A stretch of DNA of 64,000 bases from Fistulifera solaris (Eukaryota). The position numbers were made by a program, and so were the translations under genes. Below, piece by piece: positions 1 to 13,431 of the stretch (positions within the stretch are counted from its first letter, which is position 1; each line of letters begins with the position of its first letter). The stretch lies in assembly GCA_030295235.1 (NCBI GenBank), contig AP026134.1:62001-126000 (forward strand), in the 5' to 3' direction. The notes below the pieces were generated by a model that was not told the DNA's origin, searched no databases, and worked only from the letters and a program-made list of their open reading frames with translations.

Positions 1-1535
1 CTCTCACAGCGCATGCAAAGACCAATTATTACGGAGTAATATGCAAGATGAGGAATTAATGGATGGCCGTTTGACACAACTGAAAGGTAGCAGCAACGCA
101 ATCCGTGGTGCGGCAACTTATTGAGATTCGAGCGTCTCTTCCTCTCTCTCGCAAGAGTCAGTCAACGTTTTTCCTTGTACGATTGCAAGCGAGGGGGCTC
201 ACAAGTAGCAATTCTCACTATGGGACCTGTACGACCGATAGCAGCGATATAAAATGTACGGATGCGGTCGAACCAGCCGCTACTGCCACTTCAGTGTCAA
301 AAAAATGGTGGGAATTTGGGGCGCGGCAGCAACTGCAGTGCTGCCGCGCTTGTCTGCATTCGGAAACGCTTTTCTTGAAAGAGAGAAGCGGAGTACGAGA
401 CTCTGCACAGGGGCTCGAGTGATGCCCGGTTGTAAGTCCACCGTGTTCCCCTAAATAAGCAACATGGTCGGCGTTCCAATTCCTCTATCGACTTTCGTTT
501 TGTGCTTCTTGTTTGCAAGCTTTTTCATGTGTGACACTAGCTACTGCATTGAAGCGGGCATTGCGGATTCCTTGCTTGCTTGCTCGCTTGCTCGCTTTTC
601 CACGTGTAAAGCAATTTTACAGATTGTGTCGCTTTTGTGCTGTCGGTCAGCAACGAGTTGGACAAAAATCTACGTAGCTTGTAACTTTGTCAGTTTGTTT
701 GTAAAGGTGGGGCTGCAGCAAATTAAAAAGCCGTTTCGTATAGAAAGAAAACGAATCAAAGTTGCTCGCGAAAATATTTATTATACTTCTGGCAAGCAAG
801 TCCACCACGATTTCACCAGCAAACCTATGTAAACAGAGAGCTGTAATCTTTCTGTTAGCTTTTCTTTTATAGAGAATATTCACCGTACTTGCACTTGATC
901 GTAGACTTGCAATTGCCTAGCCAACTCCAGATCACAATATTTTTTTTAAATTTAACTACTTCACAGAAAACGCAAACCTGGCCACCTTAGACATTTAACG
1001 CGACCGACGCCAACTAGGACAAACAACGTAATCGTATCTCTTTCATTCTCTTTCTGTTACGGGCAGAATATCCAATATCCAATTCGGCAATGGCGTCATT
1101 TCTTTTGAAAACTTGTCCTTTTGAGTATTACTTACTCTACTTGCTGTTGAGACTTCGGCTCATCCAGAGATGATGGGGAGTAAAGATGGCTTTTGTTTTA
1201 TTTTTACCCCAAGTATTGAAATATGAAGGATGGAAAGCTAGTTTTTACAGTCCTTCATCGATAAAGAATTAATCCGTATATTTAACTTAAACTGTGATTA
1301 GCTTACGTAGCACGTTCAAATTTTAAATCGGCACAAGTCAGAAGTAACAAGCAACCTCGTAACTCCTAACCGGGAACCGGTACGCCTTTTGTTTTAAGTC
1401 TTGTGACTTGTGACTCCATACAACTTTCTACCAGGTACCGGTACTTTGTACTCTTGTGACTTTTGACTTATACCGTGTGACGGTTGACGTGTGTCGTACG
1501 ACATAAGACAAACAGACAATCTAATGCATTTCTGA

Positions 1536-1703
1536 TTTCTGGCGTATACTTACGCTGTGATGTGTAATTCGATAGACAGCACCACGTGCCGCTACAATCC
1601 GTCGTTTAGAGTGTCTGAATTTCTGGCGTATACATACGGTGTGTTGTGTAATTTGATAGACAGCACCACGTGCCGTTACACTCCTTCGTTTAGAGTGTCT
1701 GAA
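1536..1703. repeat. 84-bp imperfect tandem duplication (2 copies), each with a CACGTG hexamer
   Basis: tttctggcgtatac...gatagacagcaccacgtgccg...cgtttagagtgtctgaa at 1536-1619 and again at 1620-1703, with a few substitutions. Confidence 0.9.
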
Positions 1704-2289
1704 TACAGTTTTAGAAAGGACCTGGGAGTCTTGATTAGTACTCTATTTTCGCAGGCTTCTGTTTCGTCTATTTCTGCAGGCATGCTTGCATCACTACAAA
1801 GGAATTCGGAAGCTGAACAAACCCCCATTGTACATCGGCGGCGTGAAAGTTCCCTATTCTCACAAAGCTACACACTTTGCAACGACGAAACGTACTGAAT
1901 GGAGTAGGAATGAGGAACTTTAAATCCCCAAGTTTGTGATCGCAAGCCCTGCGCTTGGTGTAAAAACTTGTACTGGAAACATACGAATCTCTATCATTTT
2001 TTCTACAGCCTACAGCAATAGTATGGGAAGGACGTTAAAAGTCTGCCTCCCAGTACAAGATTCTACGTAGCGTCTACGACGAGGCAGAATTTTAACGCCG
2101 TTTCCTGTACTTGTACCAGGTACCACACCAGCACCAGCCACCAGCTTCCGAATGGTGAACGCCGGACTTTTCGTTTTCTTGTGTCCTCATAATTTGAACT
2201 GAACTTCGAAACTCAATCGTCGAGCGTCTAGCTTTGGAAACAGTGTGCTTATCCTCTCGAAAGTAAAATCATCACGTGAGCAAGTTTAG

Positions 2290-5200
2290 ATGGCGATAGA
2301 GGTTGCTGTTAATAACATCGCGCCGTGCCCCGACGTTGACATGGAGAACGGTACCTCGCGGGACGGCAACGAAGCCGTCACGGTAAATGACGCTCCAGTC
2401 GAGCCGTATATGGAGATTCAAGCAATCGCCAAGATCCATCCTGAGAGTCACATCAATCTCCAGAACATTGAAAAAAGTGCTGGACTTTCATCTTCCGAAG
2501 CCGCGAATCGGCTTATCAATTACGGGAAGAACTGCTTGACTCCTCCTCCTAAAACACCCGAATGGAAATTGCTTTTGAAGCAATTCCAAAACACCTTCTT
2601 GATACTGCTTATTGCAAGTGCTGTGTTGTCAGTGGTCGCTTTTGCTATTGCCGGTGATATTACAAACTTGTATTTGGGACTTGCTCTCTTGGCTGTCGTC
2701 TTTCTGACAGGTTTCGGTCAGTATCACGAAGAGCGCAAGGCTCTCAAGATAGTTGATTCTTTTTCACTCATGTTGGCAACAACATGCAGAGTACTCTCGT
2801 GATGGACAGCAGCAGACAGTTCAAGTCGAGAACTTGGTTCCCGGTGACCTCGTTCTTGTAAAGGATGGGGAGAAAGTTCCAGCTGATGCAGTCTTGCTCC
2901 TCTGCCGAGCCCTCAAGACCGAGTGTGCCTCGTTGACCGGTGAATCCGAGCCCATTTCTTGCTCCGACCAGGTCTCGGTGAAGGGAACACAATTGCTCGA
3001 GTGCAAAAATTTGCTCTTCAATAGTTCCTTGTGCTTTGACGGAATGGGCATTGGATTGGTGGTGCGCACCGGAGACAAAACGGCAATTGGTACTATTGCT
3101 AAGCTAGCATCTAACACACAATTGGGGGAGTCTACTTTACAAAAGGAAATCCGTGTGTTTGTGGGGCTGATCGCTATTGTTGCAGTGACCATGGCAACTA
3201 CTTTTTTTGTTGCAAGCGTCTTTTTGCAAGAAGCCAACTCTTCGACCGATATCATTAAGCTCTTCGTCAATGGCTTCTTGATCATTATCGTTGCGAATGT
3301 ACCTCAGGGACTACCATCGACCGTCATTTCTTTGCTTTCGCTGGCTGCTCGAAATATGGCGCAACGATCGGTGCTGGTAAAGCGCCTCGATTGTGTCGAA
3401 ACGCTAGGATCCACATCGATTATCTGTTCGGACAAGACTGGAACGCTCACCAAGAACGAAATGACTGTAACCGACATTTGGTGCAATCAAAGGCTCGTAA
3501 AGCGCCATCGTTGGGAGGCGAAGTCTTTGGCTAGCCACGAGCCTCAAGCGCTGTTTTATCGAGCTGCCATTCTTTGCAACAGAGGACAATCCATCTCGGA
3601 GAGTGATCAGGATATGGTAACCGAAAGTATCCGCGAATCTCAGAGACAACGTATCTCAAATGTTTCAAGACTTTCGTGGGGTGCTAGTGTTCAACAGTCT
3701 GTACTGTCATTAGAGACGAATGCTCCCAAGTTTTCTGGTAATCCCTCGGACTGTGCCTTGTTGTCATACTGCGATAGAATGCACTCGGTGTCAAATGTTC
3801 GTCAGGATTACCCAATCTTGTTTGAAGTTCCTTTCAACAGTACGAATAAGTGGCAGCTGGTTATCGTCAAGTCCCGTGAGAGTGTTCAGGAAGAGCAAGA
3901 CAACAAGCAAGTTGTCTATGAGGTGCTTATGAAAGGCGCCCCGGAAGTCATTTTGAATAGGTGCATTACCTTCGCTTCGAAGACTGCCAAAAATGGCGAG
4001 AACGAGATGACGGAGGCTTTCAAGGAAGAGTTCAACAAGGCATACGAAGACTTTGCATCGAAAGGCCGACGTGTGCTGGCTTTGTGTTCGCGCACTTTCC
4101 AAGCCGACAAAGACATTGTGTTTAATGCGGACAATGACATCTACAATTTCCCAACGACCGATCTCCATTTCATTGGCTTAGTTGCGATCATGGATCCACC
4201 TCGTGATAACGTTCCAGACGCCATTGCAAAGTGCCATCGCGCAGGAGTAAAAGTTTTCATGGTTACGGGGGACCACCCGTTCACAGCCAAGGCTATTGCT
4301 ACACAAGTTGGCTTACTGAAAAACGAAAACAATATTCTGCTATTAGAAGATGAAACATCGGAGGGCGAATGGGAGACGTGCGAAGGAGCAGTGATTCACG
4401 GCAGCCGCATCGATGGATTATCGGATGAGCAGTGGAACACTATTTTGTCAAAATCGGGTGTCTGCTTTGCTCGAACAACACCGGCTCATAAATTGCTTAT
4501 TGTAAAAAAGTGCCAGGCTCTTCTGGGTGCCATTGTCGCTGTGACTGGTGATGGTGTAGAATGATGCGCCTGCATTGAAGCAGGCCGATGTCGGGGTAGC
4601 AATGGGCTTGAACGGTTCTGCTGTCGCCCAGGAAGCGGCTGATATCCTGCTCATGGATGACAATTTCGCTTCAATCGTCGATGCTATTGAAGAGGGGCGA
4701 AAAATTTTTGAAAATATCAAAAAAACGATTGCGTATACCTTGGCACATATCTTGCCAGAGGTTGTGTCGGCTGTTCTGAGCTTACTGGGTGGTTTACCTG
4801 CGGGTCTTACGGCATTGCAGGTTTTAACGATTGATCTCGGAACCGAACTGGGGCCTGCAATTTCCTTGGCCTATGAAAAAGCCGAAGCTAATCTCATGGA
4901 GCGGAAGCCTCGCGATCCTGCAAAGGACAGATTAGTATCGCCGGCACTTATGTTCTACTCCTACGTCATTTCCGGAGTGATCATAACGTTGGGATGCCTC
5001 ATGGCCTATTGGTTTTCCTACAAACAAAATGACCTCCGCCTTTCTGATTTCCACGCTCCAGGTTTTGAAATTGGAGACTCTTTTACTTTGACGGCTTCCG
5101 AACCTGTTTTCATAGAGCGAACGCAAACAACGTACACTGGTGCGCAGCAAAGAAGGATATTTTCAGAAGGGGTTACAGCATTCTATATCACTTTGACTGT

Positions 5201-5489
5201 CGCCCAGTTCTGTCATATCTGGGTCTGTAAAACGCGAATCAGTTCTCTTTTTGTGCACGGCTTTGACAACAAGCTGACGTTTTACGGAGTAGGGGTTGGT
5301 TTTGCTTTGGTGATGCTTTTTTGTTACGTTCCTGGAATTCAGGATATTGTTGGGTCGGCAATGGTCGGCTGGGTTCCTTGGGTGTGCGCCTTGGTAACTG
5401 GAGCTGTCCTTTGGTTGTACAATGAGAGCTCAAAATGGTACTTCCGACACGCTGAGCCTGACGATATCGTCTTCCGGATTTTTGCCTAG
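2290..5489 (+). CDS. P-type ATPase, Na+/K+ (P2C)-like alpha subunit; two apparent +1 frameshifts (~2795, ~4559)
   Basis: ORFs 2290-2802, 2753-4564 and 4575-5489 join. Motifs: TGES, CSDKTGTLT phosphorylation site, PFNSTNKW, MKGAPE, DPPR, MVTGDH, TGDGV(N)DAPALK broken by one extra base, IDLGTE-PAISLAYE, and multiple TM helices. Confidence 0.93.
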
Positions 5490-6333
5490 TCTCTCTTCGT
5501 GCATTGTGTTGTGACAAATTGCTTTAAGATCAGTGTTTCACATCTTGGATGATACCGAGCGAAGAGGCGGTGAAAGAGATAAAGAGCAGGAGTAATACTA
5601 CTTTAAGCACCGACCTCTGCATAAAGTTTGTTGCGACTGTGTTTGCATCTTTGTTTTTACTTTAGAGCCATCTGCACAGTTCATTCACGCGTCTTTTTGA
5701 CTGAGCATCGTGTACGTGCATTTGTCGAGTACCGGTATATTGGAAGTGAAAGCGGCATTGATTCCGTAGGCGATTTGTGATCGTTCTGGTCACAAAACTT
5801 GGGTAAGAGAACGGCGTACGGGTTGCTCTGTCCTCCAAACACATTCCAAAAGAAGTAAATCGATCACATGGCTTCTCTTGTGGAGACTTCTTAAGGAATG
5901 AAAACCGAACTTATCGGGCAACAAAAAGACAACGAACAGATTGCTGCAAGCAGATTGCGGCTGATGTAATTCGATGCGAAGATTATGAAGCTATCCTATG
6001 CTCTTGGTCGTGTAGGTGGTCTATGTCAGCTGTTGGTTCTCGATATTACTTTATCCCGCTTGACCTAACTAGCCATAGATTGTAGTTTGATGGCTGTTCA
6101 CCACTAAGATTTATTTTTGGTTAAAAGTCACCCATCGCAGTCGTGTCCCGTAGGTTCGTGACTACTATAACTTGACTGCTCTGAAATGCGAGAATAAATG
6201 CGATGCGATGATGCGCGCGAAGACGACGATGACATGAGTCCATACAATTAAACATTCTTCAGTCTAATCCATGAGCCATGATGACCGCCCTCATTAAGCA
6301 ACGCCATATCCTCACATTTCCGTAAATACGAGC

Positions 6334-7840
6334 ATGTTAAGCGTTGAAGGAGAAACAGAGACGGAATCCGACGGAGCCATTTTCAACGAAATGATGATGC
6401 AACCACAACGTCTCGACCTTTCGGACGAAGCATCCACTATTTTCTCTCAACAACATGTTCGGAAACGAATGAATGATTTATTCAATAATATGACAGTATC
6501 GGAAATATCTGGAAGTTTGGGTGATCTCGGGACTTTCATTCCTTTGTACGTTGCATTGTGTCGGCAAGGATCTTTGTATCCGGCGGCGGCGCTCTTCTTT
6601 GCCGGATTTTCCAACGTGTTGACGGGAATCGTCTGGGATCTTCCCATGCCGGTACAGCCTATGAAAGCGATTGCTGCTGTCGCCGTAGTCGAGGGACTAC
6701 CACAAGAACAAGTGACGACGGCTGGTGTCTGGATGGCTCTTTTCCTGCTTCTTTTAGGCTTCACTAACGCCATTGAAATTATCCATCGATTGGTTCCCAA
6801 ACCTGTTGTCTGGGGAATGCAACTGGGAGTTGGAGCCAATTTAGCCATCAAGGGTCTCGTTATGGTCTCTCAACTCACTTGGTTCGAAAAGATTGATTGC
6901 ATAGTCTTGGCCATGACTTGTGCACTCATGTGCGCAATTCTTCTCGCAGAATCTGTCGAAGCCACTCCGAGCAATCATCCGGTGGGTGTTTATATGTTTC
7001 TTCTGGGATCCATTCTAGCTGTTGTTCGGCTCCTTTCGGAAAGTAATGATGCTCCATCAAGTGCTCTGTCACAAACAAGCATTGTTGAATGGACTCTGCG
7101 TGATGTGACGTGGAACGACTGGAAGGTCGGCCTCCTACAGGGTGCGCTACCACAACTTCCTTTATCAACTTTGGTGAGTTTATCTCGTACAAATGGAATC
7201 ATGGTTGTTACATCAATCGCTAATGCTACAATAGAACTCAGTCATTTCTGTCTGCTGTTTGGCGGATTCGCTATTTCCTGATCGACGATCGGCAGAATAT
7301 AACGTACTTTCTCGTGGGCAAGTTTGTGTTTCGGTCGGACTTATGAATTTATTCGTTCTTTTAGGCGCGATGCCTAATTGTCATGGAGCTGGAGGTCTTG
7401 CCGGACAGTACAAATTTGGAGCGCGCCACGGGTCCTCCGTTGTTTTTCTGGGATCCTGTAAAGTTCTTTTGGCAGTCTTGTTCGGAAAGTATATCTTGAC
7501 TTTTCTGGAGCATATCCCATCCGCCATTTTGGGCGTTATGCTCGTCTTATCGGGTCAAGAGCTTGCCTCCACTGGACTTAGATCTCTGTTTGTTCCTTTG
7601 TCGCGTGACGGTGGTCCAAGTAGTATGGGTAGCGCGTCGCGGTTGAGCATGGAGATCGCTTTGATTACCGCGATAGTCATTATTGGTCTCAAAAAGACAC
7701 ACGTCGGTGCTCTGGTGGGGATACTTCTTGACGTGGTGCAGAGATTTCGACAAACAAGGGTACAAAGTGTCATTAGCTCATCAGGAAGTGCCCCTGTGTA
7801 CTACGACCCCGTTCAAGCAAGCAACGGCGGAACTCAATGA
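6334..7840 (+). CDS. MOT1: Molybdate transporter MOT1 family; intron 7174-7234
   Basis: EISGSLGDLGTFIP, PMPVQPMKAIAAVA, PQLPLSTL|NSVISVC after splicing a GT..AG intron, and MPNCHGAGGLAGQYKFGAR are MOT1-family signatures. Confidence 0.9.
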
Positions 7841-7961
7841 AACAACCATTCAGTATTCTTTCTCATTTGGCAAAATATCAAATTTTATGAAAAACGGTAA
7901 TGGCAGTAATAAGTCTTTAAGTTTTTTTAAAAGAACATGCTCAAGTTGTGAGCAAAGCTCT

Positions 7962-9722
7962 CTACTGGGAAACTAGACTTTTGTTCAAAAGAGCACATTC
8001 GAACTTAATGGCCTTCAGCGCCTTCTCGACGGAGATCCGGTTCATGGCATCTCTCGTCCAGTCGGCTACAGTAAATGCAACTTGTCCGTCAAGCACTTGA
8101 AGTTGTTGCACAGCAAGTTCCAGTTCCCCGAGCTCTACATGCTTCTTTGCTCGAGCTAATACGAATTCGGGGCTGTCTTTTTCGTCCTCGGGTGCAGGCT
8201 CGTCTGGGTCGGGAGCGTAACGCAGAGAGGCAAAGACCATGCCCGCAAGCTGCCCTTCAAGTCCTTGTCGACCAGCTGGGACTAAAGCAGCCTGACGAGC
8301 TTTCTTAAATACCGTATTGAATCGCATCTGTAGCTCTGATAAGGTTGGAACGCCTGATTTCACCGAGTCTGGGATTGTGCTGAGAGCTGTCGCAATGACT
8401 CCGTCTTTCCCGGCCGCTGCCTTGAGTGCATTTAATTCAGACTCCGCATTTTGGCTCGTTTCTAGTTTCTCTGACAAAGCCAGCGCCGCTGCGCTTAATC
8501 GATGAGCCTTATCAGAACCCTCTTTTCGTGACTTAGACGCTTCCAAGGCGCTTTCAAGCTGTGAAAGCTTTTCGGTCAGAACTTTTATAGCCTCCGCTTT
8601 AGCCTGAAGGTCGTTCGTACTCTGTTCCATAATTTCAGCCAACTTGTTACTAAATTCGGCTTGCAAATTTGTTTTTATCTCCATAGCAGTAACCTCTTCA
8701 AACGTTTTCATTTCTTCCTCATGTTCGCCCTTTTGCGTAGCCAACGCGGAGCTCACAACTCCTTGAATCGTCGCGTCTTTATCCTCCAAAGCTTTGCGCA
8801 TGCGATCTGAGTATTCGAATTCCTTTTCTCGGATCTTTTTCGCTAACATATCTTCAAACTCGATTCGCTGCTTTTGCAAGGCTTCCATGTACCTGAAAAT
8901 GAAAACTCGTGAGGAACTGGAGCACCGTGATGCGAACAAACTTCACATTAAACAATAGACCTACATTGCCTCTGTCTCTTTTTCTTTCATGGTCAAAAAC
9001 TCCTTTAAACGTACGGCCTCCCAACGAGTACGGTCCTTGATTTCCGACGAAAGCTGGACCACACGTGCTTTGAGTTGTGGGATGGACAAGGAATCCAAAT
9101 CGTGAAAATAATTGGCGTCGACCGATGACCAAGCCGATTGATGCGACTCCAAAAGACTCTTGGCCGCTTCTTCTGTGCGAGAACCTACTAACGATTGAAT
9201 AGCCTTGTCGGTCATCGTTGAATCATAGCGGACTTTGCTATTTGACTCCTTCGGCTTGTCGAGGCGAACATCGACGCGGTTCCCTCCCTCGGGGTGTACC
9301 AATTTGGGTACGGCTTTCCCCACCGTATTTTTCATACCCGGAGGAATCTGAACATCGTGCACTTTGTTGGCAACAGTCCCTTTCTCCCTTTTCGTTGGTG
9401 AAGGGGTTTCGACAGTAGTCTGCACCGATGGCGATCCTGTCGGTTCGGATGATTTGTTGGTGGAAGATAGGTAGAAATAAGCAGCACCACCAGCTACGGC
9501 GCCTAATCCAGCCAAGATCAACGGCATAGATGATCCAGAGCCTGATGAGCCAGAGGGTGCTCCAGTAGGCGGAGGAGAAGGCGCAACACCATCCGGCTTT
9601 TTACCCTCCAACTGATCCGGGTTCAGTGCGCGTTTTTGTCGAGACGTGCCGGCCGCCGCCGTCATCCACCGCTTCTTTGCCAAATGCGATGTTCGATTCT
9701 GTATAAAGACCTGTCGTAACAT
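7962..9722 (-). CDS. MIC60: MICOS subunit Mic60/mitofilin; intron 8893-8964
   Basis: Basic mitochondrial-type presequence, single TM (LILAGLGAVAGGAAYFY), long coiled coil, and C-terminal mitofilin domain (GVPTLSELQMRF...LARAKKHVELGELELAV...DW). Confidence 0.85.
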
Positions 9723-10121
9723 CGTAATGAAGGAATAAAAGAAACACTGCCCAAATTAAAGCCGCTAACAGACTGCGAGCGCTTTTATTGCCTATCATCC
9801 TTCGTCGTCATCATTGCGTCGACAAAAGATCCGCCCACCGCGCACCGCAAAAAATCCTGTGAGAGTGTAACATCAAGTGTCGTGGCGGTACTCAAAACGT
9901 TCGCCTTCGTCGTCCCTCCGTCTCCTCTTGTCATTGGCTCGGATCTCGGATCAGCAACACATTCCCGTTCGTGACTGGCGACACGGCATTTTCGTATGAT
10001 ACACCGTTTTGCTGCTTTTTTTTTTGCGTGTTGAACTTCTTATCATTCTTCTTGGTCTCCTAGTTCTTATTACTTTGTCGGGAACCAAAAATTGGTTTCA
10101 GAAAAGAGCGCCCTTCCCAGA

Positions 10122-12071
10122 ATGTTAAAGGTGCGCGTGCTCTACTTTTCTGCTGTTGTTGTTGGTGTATACGAACGGCACGTCCATTTTCGGGTGTATC
10201 GCCGACACATCGTGCTGCCGAATCGAAATTACCCGAAGCCTTTCTTTCAACCAATAAATCGAAGGAAGGAAGTGAAAGAGCGCCCCGGATCATTGTCGTT
10301 GGTGGAGGTGTCGGTGGGCTGGCCATTGCTTGTAGGATCGCGTTTCGGCATACCAGGAGTCAAGTGGTTCTTTTAGAAAAGAATCCACAAGTCGGAGGAC
10401 GGATGGGATCCTTTGACGTAAAAGTGGATGGTGTTGGAACCTTTCGACACGAACGTGGCCCGAGTCTTCTCCTTTTGCCGCATGTCTATCGTGCTTTTTT
10501 TGATGACCTTCAACAAGGATCTGCTGAACAATATGGCCTTAAAATAAAACGATGTAGCCCCGCATATCAAGTCGTCTTTGATGACGGTGACAGAATCAAT
10601 GTAGGATTTGATCGGTCGGATTTAAGATCGATAGAACTAGAAGACGAATCGCGACGAATGATGGATACATTCGAATCAAATGGTTCCAAAAAATGGGACG
10701 AATACATGGATATCTGCGAAGCCTTCCTGGACTGTGGATTGCCCAATTTTATCGAAGAACGCCTGGACTTGTCGAGTTTGCCCAAATTTCTGTCAGCTGC
10801 TCTCGGTGACTTTGGTAGAGCTTGGCCTTTGAAGCCACATTCGGATGTGTTGGATGCTATTTTTGCTTCCGAAAAGATGAAAGCATTGGCTTCGTTTCAG
10901 GATCTTTATGTGGGACTGGAGCCATTTGCCAACAAAGATTTGCCTCTAGGCGGTGTTATTGATACAACAGCACCCGCCGTTTTCGGTTTACTTTCCGCTA
11001 TCGAACTGCATCCTACCAACAACAAATGCGGAGTATTTGCTCCAATCGGAGGTTTTCGTGCCGTAACGAATGGAATGGAGTCTCTCGCGCGAGACTTGGG
11101 GGTAGTGATAAAAACCGAAACAACAGCTACAAAAGTTACTTCGGAAGGCGTGTATTGTTGTGAAACGTCCAACACAAACAAGATATGGTTTGAAGCGGCT
11201 GATTTTACTGTGATAAACGCTGATCTTCCGTATGCGAAAAAGACTTTATTAGACAACAATCAACAGGTTGACGAGTGGCCTACGTATGATTGGGACGATT
11301 CTTGTCGATTTAGTTGCGGAGTTATTGCGTTCCACTGGTCTTTCACAAAGACATTGGACGATTTGTATACTCATAACGTTTTCATGTCAGTGAAAAGCAG
11401 AAGCTCAGCGGAGAAAAGCTGGGAGGTTATTCGAGGAAACAACAGAAAGAAGGGTTTTGAGTTGGACAATAATTCGCCGTTTAACTTCTACGTGCACCGC
11501 GCCAGTCTAACAGACCCCTCAGCTGCTCCAAAGGTAAATATATCAGCTCTTTACGTGTGAATGTCATGACTGTTTGAGCGACTAAGGGTATAATTTAAAG
11601 GGCGCGGACTCGATCCTAGTTCTGGTTCCTTCCCCTACTCTTGATCGTTTGACTGACGTGAAGTGTATGAACAGAGAAGAAGTTATTCAAGCTTACAAAA
11701 GCCAATTTGATGAAGAAATGATCACATACGTACGGCAATCTGTGTTGCAAAGACTGGCTGTCATTGACTCCCTGAAAGATATTGAGCAATATCTGGTACA
11801 TGAGGTTGTCGATACACCTGCTTCATTCGCTGATAATTACAATGTTGGGGCTGGAACTCCCTTCGGTTTGAGTCATGGCTTTGGCCAATTGAGCATTACG
11901 CGACCGGGTCCGCATTCTTCTGGTATTCCAAATGTATGCTTTTGCGGTGCAAGTAGCCGTCCGGGCAACGGGGTTCCCCTTGTTCTAATTGGCGCAAAGC
12001 TTGTTGCTGATAAGATCGCCAATACAATGCCATCAATAGCCAATGATAAGACAGTTAAGGGCCAGATTTGA
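10122..12071 (+). CDS. CrtI-type phytoene desaturase / FAD-dependent carotenoid oxidoreductase; intron 11534-11600; start uncertain (probable N-terminal frameshift)
   Basis: Rossmann motif IIVVGGGVGGLAIA lies in frame upstream of ORF 10364; then LEKNPQVGGRM, GPSLLL, FYVHRAS.TDPSAAP|GADSILVLVP, and C-terminal FGLSH...RP...FCGASSRPGNGVPLVLIGAKLVA. Confidence 0.85.
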
Positions 12072-12733
12072 TAGTGCTGAGGGATCTCCTTTTGGGTATG
12101 CGTAAAATGAAAAAACACTTCTTTTGCTTCAACGGACCCTTGTTATGATTTCCTTTTGGAAAATTTGCTGGAAGTCGAGCACACAAGAATGCATTCAAAA
12201 ATGGTCATGACGAGTCATTTCGAAGATTCAAATACCTTGCGCATTGCACTCGCCTTCTTGAATTGGTTTACAATGGCGTTCTATTGAAATGAATCTACGC
12301 TGGGGATCGATCAAGAAAGAGCAACAAGATGTCGGCTTGGCGAAACAACAAACGGAGCCGAATATTTGTCTTCTGGACTCCTAAGGGCCCTCCTTTTTCT
12401 TCCGAAACATCCAGACCATGTCGGCAGATCACTATACTTTGCTGAAGAGAATTGTGTCCTATAGACCTTTTATGTCATGAATACAGAAGATTAAACCCGA
12501 TTGTGTCGACTTATCTCAACTCCTTCGTTTAGTGGCAGGTATCGAGATATCTTTAAGTTTCCTACTATATGCTTTCTTATTACCGGTACGTCGGAAAATA
12601 CGTCACTACCCGCACCACGATGATTTTTTGTAAAAGAGAACGATAAACCCTTTCTCATTGCTATATTACTATATCCTCTTCATTCGTCTACTATACTGTC
12701 TCGCCTCGAAACTATTTGCTATTGTGTCAAAGA

Positions 12734-13367
12734 ATGATTCTGAACGGTGCTGTACGCGGATCAAGCAAAAGCTCAGCCATGATGTCTAGGCTAAGGACGA
12801 TGGGTCGAAAGGAAGTATTCTCATCCAGAAGCATGCTTTGTCTCGTCGTCCGACCATCTTCACTCGCCTCTGCTTGCATCGCCCCATCCTCAATTTCACC
12901 ATTCAAATCAGGCTTTCTCATGCAGCATAATCAAATTCGATTGTTCGAGACCGAAGCAGAATTTCACAATGTAGCAGATGAGGCCTTGGAAACCATTCAA
13001 GATACAGTCGATGAGATGCTCGAACCAAAAACATTGACTACGAGATCAATTTAGCCAGTGGCGTTCTAACGCTCAAGATGAGACCCCACGGGACATGGGT
13101 TTTGAATAAGCAGACTCCTAACCGTCAAATCTGGGTAAGATACACATTGGTCAAGGAATTTGTTCATGATGTTTACAAGTTCTAACAAAAAATTGCTCTC
13201 CTTATACAAAGTGGTCTAGTCCGTTATCGGGCCCAAAACGGTTTGAATTTGACCCAAAAGACAAACTATGGTTTTCTACGAAGGATGGACTTAATTTGGG
13301 GCGCACTTTGATGCAGGAAATCCATCACGTATACCCCGAAGTCACCAAACGCGACTTGGAGCTGTAA
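12734..13367 (+). CDS. FXN: Mitochondrial frataxin; frameshift ~13030, intron 13135-13211
   Basis: Presequence, then FHNVADEALETI..., ASGVLTLK, GTWVLNKQTPNRQIW|WSSPLSGPKRF across the intron; stop at 13365-13367. Confidence 0.92.
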
Positions 13368-13431
13368 GAGGTTGACGCTACGTTTTGTGAAAGTGAGATT
13401 TAGGATTTCAATCATTATATTTGAATCAACT

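Noticed and set aside
105..1898. Short ORFs in the first 2 kb
   Set aside because: No recognisable domains, mostly non-ATG starts; the 1557 ORF merely runs through the 84-bp repeat
2790..4565. Programmed ribosomal frameshifting in the ATPase
   Set aside because: No slippery heptamer at either site, and similar indels affect many unrelated genes
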